From contig OY969763.1 of assembly GCA_963702845.1 (NCBI GenBank), positions 1,792,001 to 1,856,000 on the forward strand: 64,000 nt of DNA, given 5' to 3'. The stretch comes from an uncultured Verrucomicrobiae bacterium (lineage in GTDB: Bacteria; Verrucomicrobiota; Verrucomicrobiia; Limisphaerales; Palsa-1400). The position numbers and the translations under genes are program-made. Positions 25,537-34,858 of this stretch are shown piece after piece. The first letter of the stretch is position 1. Each line of letters begins with the position of its first letter. The notes beneath the pieces were generated by a model. It did no database searches and was not told the DNA's origin. It saw only the letters and a list, made by a program, of their open reading frames with translations.

Positions 25537-28089
25537 ATGAGATTAAGATTCTTCTCCATTACGGCACGGCTTTTTGCCGTTCTCGCTGCTTCGGCAATTT
25601 TCGCTCACGCAGAGCAAAAACCGTCGCAGGAACAAATCGAAAGCATCATCGCTCGCGTCACGGGTGAGCTGATGCAGCGCTCCCACTTCTCGCATCACCC
25701 GCTGGACGCGGAGATGTCGGCGAAGTTTTTGGACCGCTACCTCGACACGCTCGATCCGGTTCACCTGACCTTTCTTCAGAGCGATGTTCAGGACTTCGAG
25801 AAATATCGCACCACGCTCGGGCCGCTGACCAAAAAGGGCGACACCAAGCCGGCGCACGTCATTTTCGAGCGTTTTCTCCAACGCGCCGAACAGCGTAATG
25901 AACTGTCCACCAACCTGCTCGCGAAAGGTAATTTCGACTTCACCGGTCACGAAAAATTCCTGGCTAGTCGCAAAAACGCGCCCCAACCCAAGGACATGGA
26001 CGAAGCGAAAAAGATTTGGGAAGAAGAAGTGCGCTACGAATTCTTGCAGGAAAAACTTTCCGCGCCTGACATCAAATTGTCCGGTGATTTGAAGTCTGAG
26101 CCGTCGAAGTTCGTCATTACGATCACGACGAATAAAATGCATCCGCAGAATTTCGATCTGTTGCCGAAGAATTTTTACGATGCTGATGGCAAACCCGTTG
26201 CGTTCCTTCACGTTGAAGCGAATAAAACGAACGCAATCGTCGAAATTCCGAAGTTAAAAGGGGACAACCTGCAAAACTTCAAACGACCGTTCTATAGCGA
26301 AGACGGCAAAGAAATCGGTTCGATCATCTCGACGAATAAATCGACCAATTTCGTTGGCACGGTGCAGTTGAATCGCAAGAACTTCACGGACATTACGGAT
26401 ACATTGATCAAGCGCTACGGCCGGTTGATGAAGAGTTACAAGGATCTCGACCCGGATTCGGTTCTCGAACTGTATCTCGGTGCGCTCGCGCGCGCCTACG
26501 ACCCGCATTCTGAATACATGGGCCATGCCCAAACCGAGAACTTCAACATCTCGATGAAGCTTTCGCTCTTCGGCATCGGCGCCGTGCTCACCTCGGAAGA
26601 CGGTTTTTGCAAGGTCAAGGAACTCGTGCCCGGGCCTGCGATGAAGAGCAAAAAGATCAAGGCAAACGACAAAATTGTCGCTGTCGCGCAAGGTGATAAA
26701 GAAGCCGTCGATGTCATCGGTATGCGTCTCGATAAGGTGGTTGAGCAGATTCGCGGCCCGAAGGGCAGCGAAGTGCGCCTGACCATCGTTCCGTCCGATG
26801 CCCCGGATACTTCCACTCGCGAAGTGGTCACGCTCTATCGCGATCAAATCAAACTTGAAGACCAGGAAGCCAAAGCGCGTGTCTATGATACGAAGGCCGC
26901 CAATGGCAATCCCGTTCGCATTGGTGTTATTGATTTGCCATCCTTCTACGCTGACACGACGGGCGGCAAACGTTTGGCTAGCCAGGACGTCGCGTCCACC
27001 GCGACCAGCACGACGCTCGATTGCGCGCGTTTGATTCGTCGCATGAAAAAAGAGGGCGTCACCGGTATCATTCTCGACCTCCGCAAAAACGGCGGCGGTT
27101 ATCTCGAAGAAGCCATTGGTTTGACCGGGCTGTTCATCACCAAGGGGCCGGTTGTTCAGACCAAAGAACATAACGGTGAAATCGTCACTGAATCTGATCC
27201 TGATCCCGGCGTTCTTTGGGACGGTCCGTTGATCGTGCTCACGAGTCGCTTCAGCGCTTCAGCCTCGGAAATTTTGGCCGGTGCATTGCAGGATTACGAC
27301 CGTGCGTTGATCGTCGGTGAAAAATCGACCTTTGGCAAAGGCACTGTGCAAACGCTCGCCGGGCTGGCTAATTATATTGATTCGAGCCGCCTGCCCAAGG
27401 ATTACGATCCCGGCACGCTGCGCCTGACCATCCGCAAGTTCTATCGCGCGGGCGGTTCCTCGACGCAGCTGAAAGGCGTCGTTTCCGACATCGCGATGCC
27501 ATCCGTTCACGACGAATGGGAAGTTGGCGAAGGTTCGATGGAAAACGCGCTGCCCTGGGATGAAGTGCCCAGCGCCGATCCAGATAATCTCCGTCGCGTG
27601 AAGCCATACGTCACTGCCTTGCGCGAACACTCGCAAAAGCGCGTGAACACGGAAAAAGATTTTCAATACGAACGCGATCGTATCGCCGAGTACAAGAAAA
27701 CTCAGGCCGACAAAACTGTCTCTTTGAACGAAGCTGATCGCCTCGCCGAAAAGAAGCAGCAACAGGTCAAAGAAGATGCGCGCACGAAGGAAATCGCGTC
27801 TCGCAAGAAGCCGACGGAAAAAGTTTACGAAATCACTCAGGAAAACGTAAACCTCTCGACATTGCAGCCGCCGAAATCGAAAAACAGCGACACCGCGAAA
27901 AACGACAGTCCCACTCCCGCTCCCACGACCAGCGCTGCTGCCACCGATGAGGACGCGCCTGACGTCGGCGAAGAAGCCGTGGCCAACGAAGCCCGCTTGC
28001 GCGAGGCAAAGAACATCCTGATCGATTACATTTCGATGTTGAAGAAGGCCGACTCAGTCGTTGCGCACGAAGCTACGACTGCGAAGTAA
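25537..28089 (+). CDS. prc: Carboxy-terminal processing (tail-specific) protease Prc
   Basis: YDPHSEY, GIGA, PDZ (IRGPKGSEV), LDLRKNGGG, SASASEI, TFGKGTVQ, STQLKGV. Confidence 0.93.
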   Translation: MRLRFFSITARLFAVLAASAIFAHAEQKPSQEQIESIIARVTGELMQRSHFSHHPLDAEMSAKFLDRYLDTLDPVHLTFLQSDVQDFEKYRTTLGPLTKKGDTKPAHVIFERFLQRAEQRNELSTNLLAKGNFDFTGHEKFLASRKNAPQPKDMDEAKKIWEEEVRYEFLQEKLSAPDIKLSGDLKSEPSKFVITITTNKMHPQNFDLLPKNFYDADGKPVAFLHVEANKTNAIVEIPKLKGDNLQNFKRPFYSEDGKEIGSIISTNKSTNFVGTVQLNRKNFTDITDTLIKRYGRLMKSYKDLDPDSVLELYLGALARAYDPHSEYMGHAQTENFNISMKLSLFGIGAVLTSEDGFCKVKELVPGPAMKSKKIKANDKIVAVAQGDKEAVDVIGMRLDKVVEQIRGPKGSEVRLTIVPSDAPDTSTREVVTLYRDQIKLEDQEAKARVYDTKAANGNPVRIGVIDLPSFYADTTGGKRLASQDVASTATSTTLDCARLIRRMKKEGVTGIILDLRKNGGGYLEEAIGLTGLFITKGPVVQTKEHNGEIVTESDPDPGVLWDGPLIVLTSRFSASASEILAGALQDYDRALIVGEKSTFGKGTVQTLAGLANYIDSSRLPKDYDPGTLRLTIRKFYRAGGSSTQLKGVVSDIAMPSVHDEWEVGEGSMENALPWDEVPSADPDNLRRVKPYVTALREHSQKRVNTEKDFQYERDRIAEYKKTQADKTVSLNEADRLAEKKQQQVKEDARTKEIASRKKPTEKVYEITQENVNLSTLQPPKSKNSDTAKNDSPTPAPTTSAAATDEDAPDVGEEAVANEARLREAKNILIDYISMLKKADSVVAHEATTAK

Positions 28090-29030
28090 GCAATTGTTCG
28101 CCGATGCGGATGGGGTTGCCCTGAAGAAATTCAGCGGCACCCATCTGCCGGCCGCCTTCGCGTTGTAACCTGACAATGCGCAAAGCGTCCGCTCCACACG
28201 CGACGGTGATTCCTGAATTGTCAGCCGCGAGCACGGCCCCGGGTTTGCCTTGAGCATCCGCGACCTCCGCTTGCCAGACTTTTAACAGGCGTGCCTTGTC
28301 GTTGGTTTTTTGGAAAGTGAAAGCTCCCGGCCACGGCGTGAATGCGCGAATTCGGTTTTGCAACACGCGAGCGGGTTGCGTCCAATCAAGCTGGCCGTCT
28401 TCCTTTTTGATTTTTTTAACATGCGTCGCATTGAGCGTGATCTTGCGCGCGCGCCTGGATTTTTCCCGCCGCAAAATCAATCAAGGTCGGTAGTAAAAAC
28501 TCCGCGCCGACAATCGCCAACTTATCGTGCAACGTCGCCGCGTCGTCATCGGCCTCAATGGGGATCGCGCCCTGGCTGATAATCGGCCCGGTATCCAACC
28601 CTTCATCCATCTGCATGATCGTGACGCCAGTTTCAGGATCGCCATTGAGCAACGCCGCCTGGATCGGGGCCGCGCCGCGGTATTTTGGCAGCAACGACGT
28701 GTGAACGTTAATACAACCAAACTTCGGCGTGTCCAAAATGGCACGTGGCAATATTTGGCCGTAGGCAATGACCACGATGTAATCCGGCGCGAACTGTTTG
28801 AGTTGTTCGATGAACTGCGGTTCGCGAGCGCGTTCCGGTTGCAGCACAGGAATGTTGGATGCCAGTGCGAGTTTCTTCACTTCGGACTGTTGCAGCTTGA
28901 GGTCCCGTCCTTTCGGTCGATCTGGCTGCGTGACGACCGCTTGCACGACAAATTCCGGCGAATTCAGCAACGCCTGCAAACTGGCGCAAGCCAGTTCGGC
29001 GGTTCCCATGAAAATGACGCGCAAAGGCAT
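28073..29030 (-). CDS. fmt: Methionyl-tRNA formyltransferase (frameshift near 28420-28480, probably a sequencing error)
   Basis: VIFMGT, VVTQPDRPKGR, INVHTSLLPKYRGAAPIQ, MDEGLDTG; C-terminal domain KIKKEDGQLDW...RAFTPWPGA in another frame. Confidence 0.93.
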
Positions 29031-29034
29031 GAAG

Positions 29035-29100
29035 CAGTATTGAGTATTCAGTATCCAGTTTTCAGTAAAGCGCAGTTATGAACTGATTACTGATCGCTTA
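29035..29100. repeat. Heptamer tandem/inverted repeat (AGTATTG/AGTATTC/AGTATCC/AGTTTTC ... ACTGATT ACTGATC)
   Basis: Intergenic 7-nt periodic arms in inverted orientation. Confidence 0.55.
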
Positions 29101-29103
29101 AAA

Positions 29104-29298
29104 CTACTGGATGGTCACAGCCGGTCGCTCTTGCGACACAGTCCGTTCCCCGAGAGAAGTTCCGCACTTGCGGCAAAGATATTCGTAAAGTTCGCCCGTT
29201 GGCAGCAGCAACAGCAATCGTTCGCGCACCGGTTGCGAGCATTTGCATTTTGGGCAATACAGTTCGCTGGCGACGAATGATCCAAATTGTTGTCCCAT
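29104..29298 (-). CDS. Small zinc-ribbon protein
   Basis: CPKC...CRKC, 64 aa. Confidence 0.75.
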   Translation of the reverse strand: MGQQFGSFVASELYCPKCKCSQPVRERLLLLLPTGELYEYLCRKCGTSLGERTVSQERPAVTIQ

Positions 29299-29326
29299 AA
29301 TCAATTTTCCCCGCGCTTCAAGAACG

Positions 29327-29908
29327 TTACACCGTTGCCAAAATTCGCAAGATGTCGCGCAATACGTTGATCGGCGATTGCGTCGAATCGATCGTGTGCA
29401 TCAGTTCTTTGCCGTAGAACTCCAACACCGGCTTGGTCGTCTGGTCGTAGGTGTCGAGCCGCTGGCGGATGATGTCCATATTCGCATCATCAAGCCGGTT
29501 CTCGCTCAAGGCGCGACGCTGAATGCGTTCCACCAGCTTGCTCAGGTCGGGGCAGCTCAAATAGAACAACGCTTTGACATCAATTGTGTCCTTGAGCATT
29601 TCAGCTTGATGGACATTTCGCGGAATGCCGTCGAGCACCATCGTATCGAATTCGCGACTGAAACGGCCGACACTTTCGGCGTTGTCGATGGTGTGCTGCC
29701 AAAGTCTTATCGTGTGCTCATCGGGCACCAGCTGGCCTTTGCTGGAATATTGGAGAAAGATTTTTCCCAGGGCGCTTTCCGACCTGACGTTCCGGAACAC
29801 TTCGCCACAGGAGAAATGGTAAAAGCGGGGAATGGTGCCGAGGATTTTGCCCTGCGTGCCTTTGCCTGAGCCTGGCGCGCCAAATAGAAGCACTGTGCGA
29901 TATTTCAT
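29327..29908 (-). CDS. adk: Adenylate/nucleoside monophosphate kinase (short LID)
   Basis: LLFGAPGSGKGTQ, GQLVPDE, LDGIPRN, RLDD. Confidence 0.88.
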   Translation of the reverse strand: MKYRTVLLFGAPGSGKGTQGKILGTIPRFYHFSCGEVFRNVRSESALGKIFLQYSSKGQLVPDEHTIRLWQHTIDNAESVGRFSREFDTMVLDGIPRNVHQAEMLKDTIDVKALFYLSCPDLSKLVERIQRRALSENRLDDANMDIIRQRLDTYDQTTKPVLEFYGKELMHTIDSTQSPINVLRDILRILATV

Positions 29909-29942
29909 AACATCAGCTCGAACCTTGCCGTTGTATTTTTAA

Positions 29943-30995
29943 TTAAGCAAAGTTTTTGTGTCGGATCTGCACTTCGAACACGTCGTTAAAGGAATCACTT
30001 CGTTCGCCGTAGCCTCGGCCTTGAACGTCTGCAGCGTGAATTCGTTGGCATTGATATTCACGATTCGACGTCCCGAAAAATCGCCTCGCGCCGACTTGAT
30101 AAAAACAACCATGTCTTTGTCGGCTTCACTCGGGACTAACCTGAAAAAGCTCGCCAGCTTGGTTTCAAAAAACCGGCGGTTGAAAGAAAACTCACCGCGT
30201 TTGAAAACGATCGGCTGCAGGAATTGGTGCTGCCGCCGGGGCCGCGCGGTTGTTCATGCGCAAGGTGCAGAGCGGAATGTGCGACGCCGGACGGTGGCGC
30301 CAATGGATCTGAAACGTCTTGCGCAGCTGCGTCGCCAACCGGTGCTGGTTCAGGGTGTGGATGCGCGACTGCTTCCGCCGTGGAATCACCAGAAGTATGC
30401 GGCACCCGGCTGGTGCTTGCTCGACTTGCAGATTCGTCGGCATCGCGAGGAATATAATCGGACTCAACACTCCCAAAAATGGAACGGCCGCCAGCCCGCA
30501 CACCAGGCCCACCGGTTGATTGCGGAAAATCGCCACTTCAAACGCGGCAAAAATCGTCGCGCAATACAGCACGAAGAACAGGAACAATCCAATGCGGAGT
30601 CGAGAATAACGCGCGGAAGCCGATATTTTGCGTCGGTCGGGTCGCTTTGGGCGGTTCCTTGATGTGCTGGTTCATGTCGTCGATGCGCTGCTCGCGTTGC
30701 TTGGCTTTCGCATCGGCAGGCTGCTCGATCATCGGTTCGATAGAATGGCTTCGCCTTCTCAGGCGCGTGGCGGCCAGGATTGCTTGCAGACTATCCTGGC
30801 TGAATTTTCCCATCCAATGATGCTGGCGGGTCGCGCCGCTGTCGGGACTTAAACACGACGCCATTGGCATTCGCCGTATCCCAACTTAAATCCCCGGAAA
30901 TTTGCGTGCTGTCCGATCAGCGTGTAGGTGGCCCCGAAGGTCGCGCTGGAAAACAACGCGAGCCAGCAAAGCACAATGAGCGAAAACCTCGACAT
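29943..30995 (-). CDS. Hypothetical membrane protein, heavily frameshifted in this sequence
   Basis: Pieces: signal MSRFSLIVLCWLALFSSATFGATY; IEPMIEQP; TM block AAFEVAIFRNQPVGLVCGLAAVPFLG; C-term FKRGEFSFNRRFFETKLASFFRLVPSEADKDMV. Confidence 0.65.
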
Positions 30996-31024
30996 TCAGT
31001 GGACTTGGATAACAGACAGCGATT

Positions 31025-32447
31025 TTACAATGAAAGCACTTTTCGACCTAACTCACTTATCAGGTCTTCTACTGTCCAGTTTGAGCGTTGCCTGTGAAAG
31101 CCGATCGGCGGCTGCGCCATGTTCAAATACGGCGTAACGCATGCGTCGTGAGCGGATCCCGTTGCAACTCCGGTTGCGCGAGCAAGCCCGTGATAAATCC
31201 CGCCAACGCATCGCCGCTGCCGCCTTGCGCCAGGTACGCGTTGCCGCTGCTATTTATATAAAGGGCACCGTCGCTGCGCCCGACCAACGTCTGATGGCCT
31301 TTCAACACGACGAAGCAATCGTGAAACCTCCGGGATAATTCGCGCAACGCCCCAATGCGATCGGACTGCACCGCCGCACTCGAACTGCCCAATAATCGCG
31401 CTGCTTCACCGGGATGCGGAGTCATCACCCGAACCGCTTTGCCCACGTTGGCCCCGGCGCGAGCCACGATAAAGCGCTCGCATCCGCCACAACCGGCAGC
31501 AACGACGTTTGCCAGAGGGACCGCAGAAAATCTTTGTTGCGCTGCGGAAAATCGTCCGCAGCCAAACCGGGTCCCAGAGCCGATCGCACTGGTCGTTTTC
31601 GGCAACACCGGATCTGTATCTTTAATCCACGGATGCACCATCGCCGATTGCAATTGCGACGCCACCGGCAGATAAACTGCGTCTTGCGGATAGACCGTGA
31701 CCAACCCCGGTTGCGCCCGTTGCGCTCCGTGCGCCATCAACACCGCCGCGCCGTGATACCCGACGCTCCCCGCAAACAGCGCCGCGTGGCCATACGTCCC
31801 TTTGTGCGACGCCACCTTGCGCTGCGGCGGCACATTTTTAAAATCATCGGCAATCGTCCACTGCAAATCGGATTGCGTAGGGCAGGGGACGAGTCCCACG
31901 CCGTGCGCGACGTCAAGTCGGCCGACAAATTCCGTCGCATCCAACATCGCCCGTTTCGGCGCGCCGACCGTCAAAGTAACTTCCGCGCGAATCGCCGCAC
32001 CTTCTGGTTTGCCAGTGTCGGCGTTTAACCCTGACGGCACATCAATCGCCAGCACGCGAACTCCGCTCGAATTAATCTTTTCAATGAGCGCCTTCCAATT
32101 CTCATCGAGCGATCGATTGAGCCCGATCCCAAATAGCCCATCCACAATCCACTGTGGTTCCCGGGAAAGTTCATTCTCCAGCTGAGCAAACGCAGCCTTG
32201 GGATCAGTCACTTCGATGACTCGCATCGCGCGCCCTTTTAAATGTGGAACAGCCGCCCGCGCGTCATCGCCGTTATGACCCTTGCCCGCGAGAACAAGAA
32301 TCGCATCGCCCTCGCGCGTCAGTTCCAGCAAGCGCTGCGCAACAGCGCGCCCGACATTCTCGATGACATCCTTTCAGATACACCAGCCGCCCAAGTGGCC
32401 TTCTCCCACTCCCGCATCTGCGCAACTGTAACAACCGGTATCGGCAT
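31025..32447 (-). CDS. nnr: Bifunctional NAD(P)H-hydrate epimerase/dehydratase (YjeF/Nnr), several frameshifts
   Basis: MPIPVVTVAQMREWE, GKGHNGDD, VDGLFGIG, IDVPSG, SHKGTYG, TPHPGEAARL, LAQGGSGDALAG. Confidence 0.9.
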
Positions 32448-32566
32448 TAAAGTAATTCACTCCCGCACCATCGCCGGGTCAAGAGCCAACGTGAACATCG
32501 GGCGTCGCAAATGACGTCGACTAGTTGGCATTTCGACGCTCAGGCCTACATTGCATTGAGGTATTT

Positions 32567-33049
32567 ATGATCACACACGACCAAACCACACACGAAGCGT
32601 TGCGACGGTTTCCTTACGCGATTTATATCCTGGGCGTTGCCAACGATGGCGAAACGAATGCGATGGCCGCAAGCTGGGTCACCCAATGCTCCTTTGATCC
32701 GCCCTTGCTCATGGTCGCCGTGCGCCGAAGAACTCACACCTACGAGCTCGTCAAAAGCGGTCGCACATTCTCAATCAATCTTGTCGATAAAAAAGAGCGC
32801 GACATCATCCGCACACTCGAAAAGCCGTTCGATATGATTGGCGACAAACTCAACGCCGTCGGACACAGTCAGGGAAAGAACGGCGCTCCGATTCTCGATC
32901 AAGCCTTCGGCTACATCGAATGTAACGTCGTCGAAATCTACGAACCCGGCGACCATGCCCTCGTTATCGGCGAAGTCACCCACGCCGAACTGCGCCAAGA
33001 AGGCGAACCGATCATGTGCGCTGACCTCAAATGGCACTACGGCGGTTGA
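32567..33049 (+). CDS. Flavin reductase-like family protein
   Basis: NAMAASWVTQCSFDPPLL, GAPIL, PGDHALVIGEV, WHYGG. Confidence 0.9.
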   Translation: MITHDQTTHEALRRFPYAIYILGVANDGETNAMAASWVTQCSFDPPLLMVAVRRRTHTYELVKSGRTFSINLVDKKERDIIRTLEKPFDMIGDKLNAVGHSQGKNGAPILDQAFGYIECNVVEIYEPGDHALVIGEVTHAELRQEGEPIMCADLKWHYGG

Positions 33050-33360
33050 ACCGTGCGTCTGTCGATGTCTCCGTTCTGAACTTATTCTGTCGGAACAGTT
33101 TCGAATGAGTAGCGTTGCGTTCGGTGTTGCTTCACTTAAACGGTGTAACAACGTGCGAAAAAATATCATCGAAATGTTGCAACTTCCTGCAACTTCCGCC
33201 TCCTTCCTGCAATTAGTTGCAAAGCGGAGCGGGTTTGTAACAGAAAATCCTGCAACTTTTATCAAAGATCATATCCGGGTTGCACTTCCCTGAATGCCGG
33301 TAAGGACAGGCGGCCGAGGGATTATAACGTGAAGCAGCGGCGTGTCAACGTTGTGTAATA

Positions 33361-33425
33361 AAACCCCAAAGGGGTTTAGTTACTCAGTCTAGGGATGCAG
33401 AGAGCAGCGGGGAGACTTCCCTTGG
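33361..33425. repeat. Degenerate REP-like element
   Basis: Hairpin AAACCCC AAA GGGGTTT, then CTAGGGA...TCCCTTG. Confidence 0.4.
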
Positions 33426-33591
33426 CAAAAACTAAAAACGAAGTCTCACTTTCGCGAAGCGGCGACGAAGGAGTTAAATGTCTTTTGTTTCGCAGGTAAT
33501 TGGCGCACCACATTTCCTGAACAATTGATATACGATAACTGGTCGCATAATTTTAATCGGCAAACAATGGTTTTATAGGTGGCGTGATTTG

Positions 33592-33804
33592 TCAACGAGA
33601 GGTTCGAGGCGGCTTTGTTTCCAGGACCGGTTCTGGTGCGTCTTTGAATTTGTCGTACTTCCCGAGAAGTCTCCCAACGGCCAGAAGAACTGGAAACACC
33701 ACCTTTTGCACGACCGCTGGAATGTCGAGCATGCGTATTTCCGACCGATAGCGCGTCAGAAGGAACGCCGCGTCGAAGAATCCCGGGCGTTTTCGTCCAC
33801 TCCT
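33592..33804 (-). pseudogene. 3' remnant of a cupin-domain protein gene, next to the last attC
   Basis: Startless frame RPGFFDAAFLLTRYRSEIRMLDIPAVVQKVVFPVLLAVGRLLGKYDKFKDAPEPV, recalled as the C-terminus of a cupin family. Confidence 0.6.
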
Positions 33805-33838
33805 TCATATCTGACGAGCCAAAACCGCTGATTCGTCT

Positions 33839-33933
33839 GTTTAACGTTTCAGCTCACCGACCGCCGCCCGTCCTGCGCACCGAACTCGCTGCCGACGCAG
33901 CGGGCGGCGGGTCGGTGGAGCGGCTGGTTCGGC
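33839..33933 (-). repeat. attC site
   Basis: Minus strand GCCGAAC CAGCCGCTCCACCGACCCGCCGCCCG...CGGGCGGCGGTCGGTGAGCTGAAAC GTTAAAC, 95 bp, with extrahelical bases. Confidence 0.88.
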
Positions 33934-33940
33934 GCGTCCC

Positions 33941-34306
33941 TCAAGCTCTGCGAAAATGTCCTCTGTGGAGTAGCCGCCCAATTTGGCGGCAGCAATGACG
34001 TGCGCAGGGACGTGAACCAGCGTGGAGATAACCGCTGCGTTGGATCTCCGCGTCGGTAAACCTCTCAGGAAACAAGTGTAGCGCTACCAGGAAAGCAGCG
34101 TCAGCGTTCCAATCCGCGAGGTTAAATGCAATGTGCCTCGCCACTTTCTTTGAGTATCCGGATTTGGATCCAATGGCCTTGGCAATCTGGTCAAAGCAGC
34201 GTGACGGGACACGAGGCTCAAGCCATTTGGCGCGCTGAGGACCCGCAAGTTCGCGGAAGATAGCCGCCACCTTTTTCTGATAAGAATCGATTGCTTTGGT
34301 GCTCAT
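33941..34306 (-). CDS. Cassette gene, hypothetical protein (probable +1 frameshift near 34040)
   Basis: GGAGA RBS; HIAFNLADWNADAAFLVALHLFPERFT; a protein-like continuation AAVISTLVHVPAHVIAAAKLGGY lies in the next frame. Confidence 0.7.
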   Translation of the reverse strand: MSTKAIDSYQKKVAAIFRELAGPQRAKWLEPRVPSRCFDQIAKAIGSKSGYSKKVARHIAFNLADWNADAAFLVALHLFPERFTDAEIQRSGYLHAGSRPCARHCCRQIGRLLHRGHFRRA

Positions 34307-34315
34307 GACATCTCC

Positions 34316-34407
34316 GTCGAACGTTTCAGCTCAGCGACCCGGCCCACGGGACGCGTCGATTGCAACAGTGACGCAATGGCCGGGTTCGCTGCAGCGCTTG
34401 GTTAGCC
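34316..34407 (-). repeat. attC site
   Basis: Minus strand GGCTAAC CAAGCGCTGCAGCGAACCCGGCC...GGCCGGGTCGCTGAGCTGAAAC GTTCGAC, 92 bp. Confidence 0.9.
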
Positions 34408-34845
34408 GTCATTGTTGAGGGTCTCCTGCAACTCTTGCACGAACGTCTCCACGCTCGCAAAACTCGCGAGTGGTCGTGCTGTCAGATTGCCGTGATCCGT
34501 CTTCACAATCGTGCCATCACTGCAACGCAGCGCATACGGGCAAGCGTCGTCGTCATCGCCAATGTGGACGTAGTCCGAAGGCCAAGGTGGACGTAGTCCG
34601 AAGGCCAAGGTGGACGTAGTCCGAAGGCCAAGGTGGACGTAGTCCGAAGGCCAAGGTGGAGCACCGCCGTAACCTTCGCGATATTCCAGCGTGCGCTCGA
34701 CGTTGAGAGCCGCGTCGTCCCAAAGACTGAACTCCGTCCCGCCTGCAAACTCTGGCCAAGGAAAAGCGCTCAGGACCTGCTTGTAGGCGCTGGGCAGTGT
34801 CACGTGAAGTTTCTCTTCCATCATCGTGAGTTGTTCGGGTGTCAT
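34402..34845 (-). CDS. Cassette gene: SMI1/KNR4 (SUKH) family immunity protein with internal tandem duplication
   Basis: MTPEQLTMMEEKLHVTLPSAYK...WPSDYVHIGDD...YAL...IVKTDH...FASVETFVQ; the stop lies in the attC inverse core. Confidence 0.85.
   Translation of the reverse strand: MTPEQLTMMEEKLHVTLPSAYKQVLSAFPWPEFAGGTEFSLWDDAALNVERTLEYREGYGGAPPWPSDYVHLGLRTTSTLAFGLRPPWPSDYVHIGDDDDACPYALRCSDGTIVKTDHGNLTARPLASFASVETFVQELQETLNNDG
34564..34660. repeat. Perfect 23-bp tandem repeat x4.2
   Basis: GTGGACGTAGTCCGAAGGCCAAG at 34564, 34587, 34610 and 34633, then GTGGA. Confidence 0.95.
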
Positions 34846-34858
34846 GGCGCGTGATGAC

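Noticed and set aside
28400..32450. Mass pseudogenisation of fmt, the membrane protein and nnr
   Set aside because: Indels cluster regionally and hit a near-essential gene (fmt), typical of a low-coverage long-read segment rather than biology.
33446..33808. 120-aa ORF as a third cassette gene
   Set aside because: Composition is not protein-like; an overlapping frame holds the recognisable cupin C-terminus, and no attC follows.
34564..34660. CRISPR array
   Set aside because: Repeats are directly adjacent with no spacers, lie inside a CDS, and there are no cas genes.
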